NCBI GenBank assembly: GCA_965153455.1
Contig: OZ234493.1
Location: forward strand, 9,290,213-9,354,212
DNA from: Sphagnum compactum
Taxonomy: Eukaryota
DNA: 64,000 nucleotides
Reading direction: 5' to 3'
The notes under the pieces: model-generated
Told to the model about the DNA's origin: nothing
The model's database searches: none
Seen by the model: only the letters and a program-made list of their open reading frames with translations
In this document: piece after piece, positions 13,201 to 26,555 of the stretch
Numbering within the stretch: position 1 is the first letter of the stretch
How the letters are laid out: the number at the start of each line of letters is the position of its first letter
Program-made: the position numbers and the translations under genes

Positions 13201-14448
13201 ATTTGCAAAAGCTACAGACTTAGACTCAGACTGTAGATCTAGATTTGTTAAGTGATGATTTGGTTTGTTCTTAATCAAGTTCGAACCTCTGTTCTTAAGG
13301 AGAAAAAATTACATTAATTTTTCTTAAGGAGAAAAGTTGACTAATTTGTTTAGATCAGCAAAGCATTCTGAATGTTTTTTACTAACTGTTTGATCACTCT
13401 GACCTTGATTTCATATTAGTCAAAAAACCTTGAACCATTTAGCTGAGCAGTACCGAGCAACAAAGGGGGCTGTGGCAGCCATTTGTGACTGATGCACAAC
13501 TCGGGGTGCAGTAGTATGAAATGCCAGCTTCCATAGCGTCTCATGCTTTACAAAGAAGCTGTAGGCCCTTGGAGCCTGGTTGAATGGCCACGGTGTATAC
13601 TCCTTCCACAAGTCAATTATGTTAACCTGACCACATTGCAACCAGAAGAATCCACAAGAGGGGTAAAAAACAAAAAGAGGAGCTTCAGATTTCAACATAA
13701 AAAAAACTATGCCTTGTTATTCAACCTGAGCAATCACACATCCTTTGTGTCAGAGACAACTAAGAGAATGTAAAACATTCTTATTTCATGAGAGCAAGCT
13801 CCAAGATTCACAGATGCCACAGATGTTTAGCTTCTTGTTGCAAACATGACGCCCTAAACATACTGGCAACAAAACAAGGCAGAGGCAGAGGCACACAGAG
13901 AGAGAGAGAGAGAGAGAGGTTCTCACCTTATACTCGTCGCCATACTCAAGCTCGAAAGTAGCTTTGATGGCTTCAGCTGATGCCCGATGACCACCACCAG
14001 TATCACTCATGAGAATCAATACATTTTTCCCCCGCTTCTCATCTTGTCCTGATGGTTGTGGTTCTTCTTCCCCTGCCGCTTCCATCCTGTTACCAATATT
14101 CTCCACCATGTCTCCCGCCTCTTGATTCAACGACGGCAAGCTGCTCCCACTACCACCAATTGGCACTCTGTCACAACCCCGTCTCACCATATCGTTGAAT
14201 CCCTGCAACAGCTTCTCTTGCAACCTGTTGCTGCAGATGTTGAGGTCTCCAAGACTAAGCAGAGACAAAACTGCAGGCCCTCCTCCTCCTCCTCCGCTTC
14301 TGGGAGTGTGTTGTTTCCGCATTTGTGGAGCTGCTGCAAGCAACAGTCCCGGTAGCTGAGGCGTGGCAGCAAATCCATGGTAATAGCAATGGCATTGTGC
14401 AACAACTGATTGCTGCACTCTCTGATCTCCCAAGCTGTTTAACTCCAT
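10208..14448 (-). CDS. MGD1: Monogalactosyldiacylglycerol synthase, type A (MGD1-like, GT28), plastid envelope
   Basis: 8 exons in consistent phase: 14448-13927, 13626-13454, 12534-12373, 12211-12070, 11950-11726, 11336-11274, 10658-10584, 10459-10208. Motifs [72 protein letters not shown]. The long N-terminus with [15 protein letters not shown] resembles type-A MGDs. Confidence 0.95.
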
Positions 14449-15757
14449 CCCCAAACACTAAAATTTGTGTGGAGCGAGCTAGCGAGCACTGCAATCCCCT
14501 TACTGTCCCCGTCTGTCTGCTGCTTCTTCTTCTCTGCGCGCGAGCTCTTCGTCTCCAATTCATAGACCGTCGTGCTTTAGGGTTTGTCGTCTTCATCTCT
14601 ATTTCTTCTCTCTTCTTCTCATCCATGTTCATCATCTGTTTGTACATTTTTCATCCATGTATCTGTTCGCCGTGGCCTTTTGTTTTATTACCGGCGAAAT
14701 TTCGCCGAAAGGAGAAATAAAATAATCATCCATCCTCATGATCTGTCGTACATTTCTTCTTCATCCATTTTCATGTTTGCCACGGCCTTTTCTTTTCTTA
14801 CTGACCAAAGTTCGCCAAAAAAACTAAGTTAAAAAAATCATCAATCTTCATCATCTGTTTTCACTTTTTCATCGATCTTCATGATCTGTTCGTACTTTTT
14901 TCATCATCTGTTTGTCTGACCTTTTTCTTCTTTTCTTTTCTACTGCTGAAATCTCGCCCAAAAGAAAAAATTTTAATTAATTTTTTTTCAAAAAGTAAAA
15001 AGATTTTTCATCCGATAGAATCACAGGAATTTTTTTTAATGTATGGTTAGAATTGCCAAAAATACATATAATTTGGATGATTAAAATTTTGTACTTTCCA
15101 TATCTGGTTTATAGCCAGATTTGGCTAAATCTTCCTGGCCACTTTGGTTGGCTACTTCACAAAATTCATAAAAAAAGCGCTGAGTTACTTTTCTTCTTCA
15201 TATTATATTTGTCCCTCAACTAAACATGAGGGCTTAGATAGAGAGCTAGCATTATAGCAACATTTCAATAACATGTGGATGAAATACTTTGGATGAAATG
15301 AAACTTTTAAAAATAGTGTGGACCTGTAAATATTAAAATTAAGGAATTCACATGAATTTAATATAAATACCCTAAATAATTGGCCAAGGTGTTGGAATTT
15401 AAATAATCTCTCATTCTTATATTGTTCAAATCTTCATATATTTATTGGTGGGTTTTGTGAAATAATTAACACATTCAACATATGTTGGATGTGGGTAAAT
15501 ACTAATAGAGGCCCAAATTCCAAATTAGGGGGGGGTGTGGGTTGGAATTACATTTCTTTTTCTGTTTTTCTTACACAGGGATGCATTCTTCTGACATTCA
15601 TTTGTGGCTGGCTATTTAAGATGATATCCATGGATGAAGTTTCAGGTGGGTGACCAAACCCCCACTTTCATAGATGATGATCCAACATCCAAGAGATGAA
15701 AAACCCTGATGGGATTTCTGTAGTGTATCTGGAGGGCATGTTTTACCCAGTGTATTT

Positions 15758-15970
15758 GTTGGCCTTTCCTACCAAGGCAAAAAAGGATATTGTGTTTAGA
15801 TTCATTATAGAGTATAGTAGCTTAAGGGATTTTGGCCCCCCTAGGTAATAATAAATAATAGGTCTATTTTTTTTATATGAGGATTTTTGAAAGACGATAT
15901 TTTGGCTTGTGTTGAAACTTGAGATTAGTTATGTAGAGTGGTTTCATTTAGAGGATTTTTGTGAAGATTA
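15758..15970 (-). repeat. Dispersed repeat family A, partial copy in inverted orientation relative to 54297-54628 and 59465-59800
   Basis: Reverse complement nearly identical to ...aagtttcaacacaagccaaaatatc...cccttaagctactatactctataatgaatctaaacacaatatcc...gccttggtagg in the other two copies. Confidence 0.85.
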
Positions 15971-16784
15971 CCGTAGCCTAAGGTCAGTTTCCACATTGAA
16001 AAAACAAATAATAATAATTATTTTTTCAAAAAATGAATTCTTTTTTTTTAAATTTGAAATTATTGTTTTTTTTCCATCATTTACTATTATATATATTGTG
16101 ATATGAGTACTGAAATTATTCAGAGTATAGCCTATGATGATTATGATGATTTTCAACATGTCAACTTCATATTTTCACAAAATTTCATTTCCCTATTTTG
16201 AGGTTTATTTAATGACAAAACTGACCTTAGGGTAAGGTATATTTTTGCATGGTGAAATATTTGAGTTTCCGTAATTCTTCTTTTGCCTTAAGATATTTTT
16301 AAAACCCTAAACCCTCGTGCACACCCTTACTCTACTAAAGGCTGCGGTCTTGGTCTACAAAGTCTGCAAACGACTTATGCATGCGGTTATAAAGTCTGCA
16401 CACATGCAAATTTGCAAAAATGTATCACTTGGTCAAAAAAATCGGACAAGAACACAGAGGAATGGAATAAGACTTGTGAAGATTTTAGCATTTGTCCTAA
16501 AAATTGAACACTCTTTAAATACAAGGAATTTACAAGTACTTAAAGAATTTTTAATAATTTTTTTATTCAAATTTTTCACATAATGAAAAATAATGTTTTG
16601 TTTTTTTTTTTTAATGTTTTGCAATTTTAGAAGGTTATTACTCTATGTTAGAATAGACAAATTATATTCGAATTGGTTGCTTGTGTGTCACTTCCTCTAA
16701 TTTGGCATATTTTTAAAACAATTATAAAATATCTTTTTTCAAAATCATATGACAAATAGGTTTTTTTTGTTGCCAATGCTGTTG

Positions 16785-17215
16785 TCTATCTATGAAGGAA
16801 GGTAGTTTGTTTTGTAATTATGAGATCCACTGAACTGGGATGCTTCAGATAGTGTTCTTCGTGTCTTTGGAAAGCTCTCAACGAGGAGGGGTGTGCTTGG
16901 GCTTTGGTTCCATGACGTTTGGACTTGTGGTGCAAAAGTTTTTGAATATTGAATGATTTTTTCATTGAAAATTAAATTAAATTGTAGCTGAATTTTTTTT
17001 GGAGGAATTGGAATGTGCCTTTGGTGTTGTTGGAAAGATCTTGATGAGCAGCAGGATTTAATGGAATTTATTTTGTAAGATTTAGATTCAGAATGTGGAA
17101 AATATTGATTTTTAAGTGATTTCTGTCACTGAAAATTCAAATAAATTCCAAAAAACCAGGTTTTTTTGAAGGAAAAATCAGTTGAGGATGTGGCCAACGG
17201 CACAGGCCACACTAG
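16785..17215 (+). mobile_element. Non-autonomous Helitron-like element (~430 bp)
   Basis: Starts TC (tctatctatgaagg) and ends with hairpin GTGGCC-aacggcaca-GGCCAC followed by aCTAG. No TIR or TSD. The 3' flank is C rather than the canonical T. Confidence 0.5.
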
Positions 17216-17219
17216 CATT

Positions 17220-17660
17220 GTTGAAATGTCATATGTTTTACATCCATTGCCAAAATCAGATTTTTCGGTCGGTCATCCAAACGATGAGGATGCAAATAGG
17301 AATATTTTTGAGATGACAGTTGAAGTAAGTGAGCTGATTACGGAGCTTGTCAATAGGGAATTACTAATGTTTAGGCAATATCAAGTGGAGATGGATGGAC
17401 ATTACGCCTACTTTACATGATCAATGTTTCTCATGGTTGGATTTTTTCTTGTCAGATTTAGACATTTTGGGCTTGAAAAGGATTCTTTAGTTGGGATACT
17501 TACAAATCTAAGAAAATGTTGCTGGCAAACAAACAATTTTTAATAATTATATTTGTGACCCAAGAACTTAACTATTGATTGTATTTTTTCATCTAACTTG
17601 GTAGAATTGATTGAAATAGATATTGACTTAAAAAAGAGTTGAAAGAATTTTTAAATACTT
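17220..17660 (+). pseudogene. Degenerate hAT transposase C-terminal (dimerisation-domain) remnant
   Basis: Frameshifted translation ...NIFEMTVEVSELITELVNRELLMFRQYQV...SMFLMVGF...ILG...SLVGILTNLRKCC resembles the hAT C-terminus; several stops and indels. Confidence 0.55.
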
Positions 17661-19329
17661 TTGAATTGCACCATAAGTTTAAACATTACAAAAACACCTC
17701 AATGTTCTTATAACCAGCTTGTTACTTATGTAATTATTTAAATTAACTTTGTTAACTTATTTGATGGTGGGGTTTTATAATTTAATAATGGTTTGATGAG
17801 TCATCATTAATTAGTTATAGTTTCAGTTAATGTGATTAATTCAAATATAATAATTCATGATGAAAGTATTTGTTCACATTAATGTGCTTAATTCAAAAAT
17901 GATGATTTTAAAATTTTAAAATTATACAAATAAATGTGTATGATTTTAAAATGATGATTCATTAAGAAAATCATGTTACAAATTAATGTGCATGTTGAAT
18001 TATATGTGAGTCATGTGATGTGTAAAATTTTATAATTTAAAAAATAAAATCATTTGATTGGTATATAAATGAGTGTTTGAGACCTTTGAAAACATTTTCA
18101 CTTGAAGAAAACAACTTGATGAATGTAAAGTTTTTAAAAATAGACTTGTGAAGAGAATTAAAATTAAACTTTTCAAATATATTGGTAGTTTTTGAGTGTG
18201 TGAAATGCATGATAGAAAAATGGTGTGGAATATTAGTTGTACATAAATAAATAAATAAGTGGATAGATATTTGTGCAAACAAGATATAAATTTCCATAGT
18301 TATGTAATAAAATATATAATTTCAATCTTACAATCACTTATGGTTTACACACCTTTAATTAGTGACAACTTAATGGTTTCCTATATCTGCAATATTTGCT
18401 TGGACATTGTACTATTCAAATGTGCCACACTCTTTGGGACAATTGTCAAGAGGTCCATGTTTTGAGTCCAACCCTTTGGTGCTCAATAGCCTGAATTGAA
18501 TTCCCATTTACAGCCAAGTTTTGCAGCCCAAAAGCCTCCACTTCCCTTGCCACAATTGTCACCAACAACACCACCACCACCATCACCATTTCTGCTTCAA
18601 CCTGTGTTTTGCTGCATTCAATTTGATGATTCAATTTTGATCATCTCTTCCCGCATTTTCTTCATCATCTTCATCCATCTCTATGCACTGTTTTTCATCA
18701 ATCTTCATCAGCTCTTGTCAAAACTCTTTGGGTGTTGTGAACATTGAGGGGATGTTAATGCTCATGGGTGCTTTTAAGGAAAATAAGGGACCATGAGGCA
18801 GAGGCCAAGGGAGTCTCCAATTTCCATGAATCTCCCATCTGTGAGCTTTACACAGTGTAAAAATTGGGCATCTCCGGATACACTATGAAAATCTGGCCAG
18901 GTGTTTCCATGACCAAGAATATGATTTCATAATATGTATCGTTTTCTTGATCACATTACATGACATAACCTTCTGGTGATGCTCATACACTCATAATATG
19001 ATTGAAACATGAGCTTTTAACTGAATTGTTGAATCTGCCATCCCAACCTTAACGTCATAGAATGGTCTCACCCTTGCCCATTACATTGGGTGCGTCACCT
19101 AGCTCGCCCTAACAGGCTCACCTAGTTCCTCACTCAACCTAATGCGTAGGGGCTTGACCATTCCACAAAGACCTGCTCTAAAGTTTTTAGTGTACCTAGT
19201 TGAAGGGCACCTTATTGTGCATAATCTTTCCTCAAGGAAATTTGAAAAAGGGAATGCTTGTCCTTGCTTTTTTCCCTGTGATACCTGGTGAGTACCTGAC
19301 AGGCATCACAGAAAAAAGAAATTTAATTT

Positions 19330-21720
19330 AAATTTCAAGCAAGTCTTGACACTTGACATCAAATCTTTGCTCATTGCTGATCAAATCCTTGCCCCACCAG
19401 TGGAGAGGTATGTGCCACATAGCCTCCTCAACAAGAGGAGCCAAAGGAAAGAATCACACATGCTAATCTCTTATGATATTAATAATATGTTGGGGTGATG
19501 TTGTTTCTCCTTAGCTTTATATAGAGTGTTTGTCTTTGATGGTAATTGTCAGGAGTATTGGTTCAGCTTAATCCTGAAGTGGGACAACCTGGTTTTCATT
19601 CTCTGGGTTTGCTCTCAGTATGTGTCAATAGTCCCCACAGAGTACATGAGGTACTTAATCTGACTGGTTCTCAAAAACAGAAACTTTATGCTTGTTTTCT
19701 TCTTGGGTCTTGGGTGTAAGCTTTATTGCTTGACTGATTTTGTAATTGTATGCTTCACAGTGAGAGATGTTTCAGGGACTCTGGTGGGTGGCAAGAATGT
19801 TCTGCCTTTTGCTTCAGACCTTTTCACATGTAAGTGTGTCTTGAACTGCAAGAATTTCATGCAATTCCAGTACAAACTGCAATATAGTAATGGCATTCTG
19901 CCGCAGCTTGAGAGAATCATTCTGATTGTGGCTAGTTTAAAGTAAGGCATGAAAGGCAAAAGTCAAACTGTCAGGATGTTGAATAATTGAACCGAGTGGC
20001 AAAATGAAGAGCACCATCTATCTGCCTTTCTAAGTTTCTTCAATGATTATCTGTTAACCACAGAAATGATGCACCCAGCTGAGGATCATTGCTATAAGGT
20101 TGTCTTCTCAAAACAATTTGTTGGAGGAACATTCTGAACCAAGACAATTCTGATGGAGTGAGTTGGATGGTTAACAGGCAGCCAAAGAATACAAATATGG
20201 TAACCAGAATGGATCAAGCTTTGGCACAACTTGTCATGAGAGTCCAGGTACAATAACATCACTTATATATAAAGAACTAGATGGATAAGCTAAGAAACAA
20301 TAAATAGTTGTATAGGAGGAATCAGAATGCTGAGGTTATTTCAAGTGGTCCATGTAATTGTGGGTTAGGTCTCTGAGTTGGTTTCCCATCCTCTGAGTGT
20401 GATGCTCGTGTTAATCAAGGTGGGCATAGTTGGAGTCTATGTTATGTTTAAGTGGGGTTATAGTGCAATACGTAGTTTCAAGAAGTTGCATTCACTGCAG
20501 GGAAGGAAGAGGACTATTTGTTTACTTTCTGTATGCAGATGCTCAATGGGGGGTGCAGAGACACTAGTGGCTGTTGCTGGAATGGTCAGCTACAAGGCAC
20601 AAGGTGGAGACTTCAATTCCCAATCTGTTTGAATTGCTTATAAACCAACAGTGTATCACAATACTAGCCTTTGCTAACAGAGCATCGACTTAGAAATGCA
20701 CAATGCATATGGTAACTGGTTTTCAATAAGATAGCAGTGACTAACATGACACCCCAGATGCTGTGAGGATTTCTATGAGCATTGTTGTGTCTCAATACTA
20801 TGTCTCCAATTAAGATGTAGTGCGAGCTGGTTCAATGGTTTGAATACTTTTTGTGTTTTGAAAATGGGCAGGTGTAGAATTTACTATGGGTACAGCTGGG
20901 AGTAGTATGGGTTTGTAGTTGCAAATGTGGCTTGGGCTATCTTTTTGCATTGGAGGTTGCTTTCTTTGTTGTGACCCTGACTTACAAAGGCTTAGATTCT
21001 GCAGAGGTGAACTTCTTAACCTGACAGTAGGCTTTGCTGGATCCAATGAAGATATAAACATTGAACTCCATCAGTTCCATGAAGATTTTTTAAGTGTTTT
21101 TGTAGTGTACTGTGGGTAGTTTCAGCAATGACTTCACATTTTTAAGAAGAGGAAGCATCTTTGCAAATTGTTGCCACCCAACCTGTTGATAATATGCTAT
21201 TGAGGAACTACACTTGTCTCCATTGTTGCTTTTAGCAATTGACAATCCAGTCTTAGGGTTGTGCAATAGTATGTTAACCCTTGTAGTTTGTAACTTGCAA
21301 CATGGCTGATCTTAAATTATAACTCTTTTACTGTCACCCGCAGGTACTTTTTCCCATGCTGGAAGTTAATGGTCCAGGAATTTGATGGCTACAATATCCA
21401 TACTGTGAACTCCTTTTTTCTTCTCCAAAAGGAGATATTCCTCAGGATGGGTACATAGAACTTGTATTGGATTTGAAGCTGTTGTTTTCACCTTTGAAGT
21501 TATGGTGTTTTGGAGCATGGTTTATGGCAGGCAATACACCGATGAGGATATTACATTGGTCAGCTGGTTCCTCCTGTGCACAAAACAAATAATTGAATTT
21601 GGGACAACAGCAGAGATTAGCAATGCTGGGCCAATGGTTGCAGCTTTGCAAGGCTCTGATCATTTCACTTTTGCACCCATTATTAGAAGGGCTTTCCTTC
21701 ATAGTTGAAAGGTGAATGAG
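19330..21720 (+). pseudogene. Possible decayed multi-exon gene or spliced lncRNA; product unidentified
   Basis: Series of short blocks bounded by polypyrimidine-YAG and GTRAG-like sites (e.g. ~19619-19650, ~19761-19829, ~19871-19941, ~21344-21450, ~21531-21711). They cannot be joined into a stop-free ORF. Confidence 0.3.
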
Positions 21721-23404
21721 CCAGACTTTGCATGGTGCTTAATGGTCACTTCTTTAAGAGCCCTCAGTGTCCTTTATATTGCTCTCTCAATAACCTGCTT
21801 CGACAAGCTTCATAAATGTAACTCAATATACTGCTGACTGGGATGTAATTAGCTGATGTCATGACTGAGTCTTCCTGTTGCTGCTAGAAACGTGTTAGAA
21901 ACCCATGACACAAATTCTTGTGTAATTGTTTTGCTTGAAGTTTTGAGTAGCTTATATGCTTTTCTGAGTCAACTGTCAGGAGCTGATGAATTCAGCAGGG
22001 AATAATGCCAGCTACTTACAGTGGTTCATGATGAATGTGATGATCAAAAGGTCATGACTGGCATTTCTTCTTGTCATGTTAGTTTTGTTGGCTGGAACTG
22101 ATGCATTTGTTTGCTTGTTAGCTTATATGTTTTTGTGGAGTTCAGTTCTCCAATCACATGGGTTTTCAGAGGTCTGATACAAGTTCAATCCTATCAGTCT
22201 TCCATGAGTCTTGAAAGAAACAGTCTAGGAGTTCCCAACTTGGAAGCCAGGCCAAAGATGGGAAGCTAACCAAAAAACTAAGCTAGTTCGAAACATTTGG
22301 AGCTCAAAAATTCAACTGCCGAGATGTGGCTAAACTTAGGCCTCTTGATCTTGAGATGGCCAGGTTCTGTATGGCTTCTTCAGCTTCAATGTGTTTCAAG
22401 ATTCTGCTCCTGTGTCTGTCATGTTTCTACAGAAATCCCTCCCTTTGTATGCAGTATTCTGGAAGCTCTGCTAATTCAGAAATTCATTACCACATCACAA
22501 GGTGAAGCGATTGTGGGAGAAGTCCTCAAGGGCTACCAGGCTTTTACAAAGGTGTGTAAAGCAAAATCCATTTGTCTTTCTCCAAGCAACGATTTTCATT
22601 ATGCATGAAACACTACAAACTATTCATAATTCAACATGTAAATAGAAAAGAGCAACAACAAGTTTGATCTTTTTTTGGAGCTGTTCATCATCGCTTGTTA
22701 GATATGCCAATGAGCTTCATCTCCAAACAACATCTTGCATCAACTTGCCAGCCACACCACAATGATAGACCTCCAAATTTCCCATTCCTATGTCGCAATC
22801 GAATCCCACCTCCATTTGCAGACTTCACATTCAAAGGAAAGAAAGGCGGTGAAAATATGACAATCACAAAAGATCGCTCAACACTTTTTCTCATTGCCAT
22901 TACAACAAAACTTGTATAAATTTTAAAAACACTAGTAAAGTTGCAACTTTGCAAGTAAACCAAAAATTGCACAAGACGAGAAGAAAATTAAATGAGATAT
23001 TCTAAATTACTAAGAGCATCTCCACCAACAATCGCCCAACACATTATGGATGAAGATTTGTAAACATTTGCCTAACAACCTTAGTAAAATGATTGTGACT
23101 CAACTTTCCTTTTGGTTCAATATGTTCAAGCTGGCAAAAGTCACAGCACAATTTAACACTTGTTCTTGATTGGTTAGATGTATTGATTAATCCAAGTGAT
23201 TTGTTATTAGTAAAATTGTAACTTTTTTTAATTGTCCCCTGTTCATGTTCAAAGGTGGGGATTGGAATCACTAAATAAATAATCTTGGAAGGGAGAAATA
23301 TTGTTGCAGGGCCAAATGTGGAGTATTATTATTGCTGGAGCTCCTCTAAGAAGTGTGTTGGAACTTGGAAGATCATGTATTTTTGTCTACATAAGGTCCA
23401 AGAT

Positions 23405-23790
23405 ACTTTGAGCATTAAGGTGAAAATTACTAAAGAGCATCTCCACCAATGCTCAGTATGTGACCTTGCAAAAATATTTCTCACATCCAAGTTTTAGTTA
23501 CTAACTTTTTTTTCCAACTGCACCCATAAAACTGACTTTTAGCAATAAGGTGAAAATTACTAAGAGCATCTCCACCAATGCTCAGTATGTGACCTTGCAA
23601 AAATATTTCTCACATCCAAGTTTTAGTTACTAACTTTTTTTCCAACTGCACCCATAAAACTGACTTTTAGCATTAAGGTGAAAATTACTAAGAGCATCTC
23701 CACCAATGCTCAGTATGTGACCTCGCAAAAATATTTCTCACATCCAAGTTTTAGTTACTAACTTGTTTTCCCAACTGCACCCATAAAACT
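23405..23790 (+). repeat. Tandem triplication (~128-129 bp unit) of a Tourist-like MITE left end plus flank
   Basis: gagcatctccaccaatgctcagtatgtgacc starts at 23435, 23564 and 23692 with near-identical units; the third copy continues into the MITE body to ~23920. Confidence 0.9.
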
Positions 23791-24067
23791 CACACTGGGA
23801 CTGCAGGTATGTGGGAGACTACTAATAGCAACCCACTTGGACCAATCAAACTATCTAACCAATCAGAAATAGGCAGAGTCATATAAATACGATTTGACTC
23901 TGTTTATTCGACTGTTCCAGGGCCCAGGGTTACGATGCCAAGCTATTTCTAGGGTTTAAGAATCAAGATGTTGAGCCAAGTAAAATGCCTTTTTTGTGTA
24001 AAGGCAATGGCCCAACGAAGAACAATAAGTCAAGAGCTAGATTTTGGATTCCCTTGAAGAGAACCGC

Positions 24068-24102
<35 letters not shown>

Positions 24103-24287
24103 TTTTAGAGAATTGGGTGTGTGCAAGAGCTTGAAATTGCAATTGGGTTTTTCTCAGATTCCCTTGATTCTTGGTCCTGAGCTTGCAAGCTCAAGATTGA
24201 TAGCTTGAGTAGCGACAAAGTTTTTCTTTCCCTGCAAGAGGTTTTGGGTGTGTTGTTTGTGACAGCAGGAAATTTTGTTGGCAAGCG

Positions 24288-26555
24288 ATGGCAGGAGAAC
24301 AGAAAGGTGGTGGTTACGATCCCGAGGGACACTATGGAACAGTTCAAGGACCACCGCCTTTCGTGCAACAGCCACAAACTGCAGACCCAGAAAGAGGACC
24401 TTACTATCCACCTATTGCAGGTTCACTCCCCCCCATCTTCTTTTTTCCCTCCTTGAAAAATCCAATTCTTTCCTTTGATGCAGTTTTTTCAAGCTAATTG
24501 CATCATAAGAAAATTGATTTGGGAGTTTTAGTCTCATTAGCAAATTGTCTGTCACTCGAGTTATTTGATCAAATCTCTTGAACATCTTCTCTAAATTTGA
24601 ATCAGCAGAAAGTCAGCAACTGGTCCCAAAGAGTCAAAATCACCAAGAAAAAGAGAATATATTTTTATGAATATAGATCTTCTTGAGGCAAGTGTTGATG
24701 ATCTTTTTGTACTAATTACAACAGTTCAGGCACCCACAGTCTTGTGTTTCTTGCATATGTGGAAAACTCTGGAGTTGAAACTAATTGGTTAGACTCTGGT
24801 GTTCTGGTCTTCCTACATGGTGACACATATAGGCCCTAGGGTTTGTACATACAATTTAGATTTGTGCAGTATCCAGAAGCATCATACTCGAGGCAACATC
24901 ATATTCACCTTGTTCCTTTTGCTCTCATTACAAACAGCAAGTGGTTTCAAGGAGTTGAATTTCCATGAGAAGATTTGGACTATGAATGTCATTTTTGTTG
25001 ACAAGCATGGCTGGTCAGATTTTTAATTACTGTCTCCCCTTGTTCAGAGGTGAACTCTTTCTAGAACTTACCTGTTTGCCTATCCTTCTGCTTACCCCTC
25101 TTGTGAAGTCAGGAGTTTTCCATGCTCTCAAAGATCCCAGTGACCTGCTTTGTGAGTAGACAAACTAATTAGGGTTTACATCTAGCATGCTCTTATTTCA
25201 GTGAATCAAGTCCACAACCACTTCAATATGTAACAACCATGATAAAACACACTGAATAACACATGTTGGGAACTTCGTGGCTGATTTGTTCTGCTTTCTT
25301 ATATGCAGACTACCCTCAGGTAGCAGAAGGAGTTCCCTTAAGTGGAAATTATGGCTACTATCAAGGTGATCACCATGAGCGTCACCGTCGTTGTTGCTGT
25401 TGTCATCATCATCAAGACCCAAATGGCCTTCCATTTTGCGGGCTTGGATATGGCTGGTTCTTGTAAGATTTTGAGCTGAACCAATTTCACCTGCATGGCT
25501 AGTCATTAAAGTATTTCATCAAAGTATGCACTTAGTTGATCAAGACACAGAGAGCAGATTTTGTGCAATTGTTGCCGTATGGAAGACTAGATCCATGCAT
25601 ATGAATTCACAGTCAGGGAGGAAACCTTTTTTTGGTTACTATCAGCTGTCCTCTTCATGAACTGAGTTTAATGTATGTGGATGGGCAGATAGCTAGCTTG
25701 TCATCATATGCTGCTCACCTCATGGCCATTACTTTGCTTCACAGGAGTGTTTAAAAGAACACAATCATCTTAGACTTTCTGAACCAGGGTGCACTTGCAC
25801 CTGATTGTTTTTTAGGTATCATTTTTGTTTTAGATGGAAATGTGTCAAGATTGTTTCACCAGTTGCCATCTGTCAGATGATGAGTTTGGCTTCCCATGCA
25901 TGAAGTATTAAGTGGGAGCAATACCTTAGTGACGGCTGTATCATATCAGGTTTTGACTTCTATTTGCAAATTGTTTGAGCAGGTTCCTTTTGGGTTTTGT
26001 TTTCATCGGTGTTCCGTGGTACGTTGGAACGTTTATTTTCTGTTGCCTTACTCACAATTACAGGGAACGCTCTGGATTAGCTGCATGTGCTATTGCGGTA
26101 CATGAACCCCTCCCCCTTGTCCCCACCACCTCTGACTATTGCTGTTCCAAAATGCTTGATTCTTCAAAATTCGGAGCATCATCACAATTTTTCCAACTTT
26201 TTTTCCCTCAAGAGAGTTTGAATTTTTTTTGGCCAGAAATCTTTGTTTTGATCCTTGCATTGGGGCATATACTAGGATCTACCAAATTTGAGTCCATCTG
26301 CCTTTTTTTCCATGTCTGCATGTTTCATCAATGTTGTGTCAAAGATTGTCATCTTTATTTGTATGCTTTGGTGTCTTAGAAAGTGGGTGTGCAGTATTTT
26401 GTCTCAGGTATCTGCTGGTCTGAAGAAAGAAAGGACCACCCATGTCATGCAAGTTCTTTTTTTTCTGGGGACCTAATGTTTTTGTTTTTGCTTTGTTGAT
26501 GCAGGCCCTAGTTGTCTTGTTGCTAGGTGGTAGCCTTCACATGAGATACATGTGA
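24288..26555 (+). CDS. Small Pro/Tyr-rich, Cys/His-rich membrane protein of the plant '60S ribosomal protein L18a-like' family (a misnomer, not eL20), ~150 aa
   Basis: 4 exons in consistent phase: 24288-24420, 25309-25462, 25983-26097, 26505-26555. Family motif LPFCGLGYGWFLFLLGF...PWYVGTFI...YRERSGLAACAIAA. A GA microsatellite (~24068-24100) lies in the presumed 5'UTR. Confidence 0.82.
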
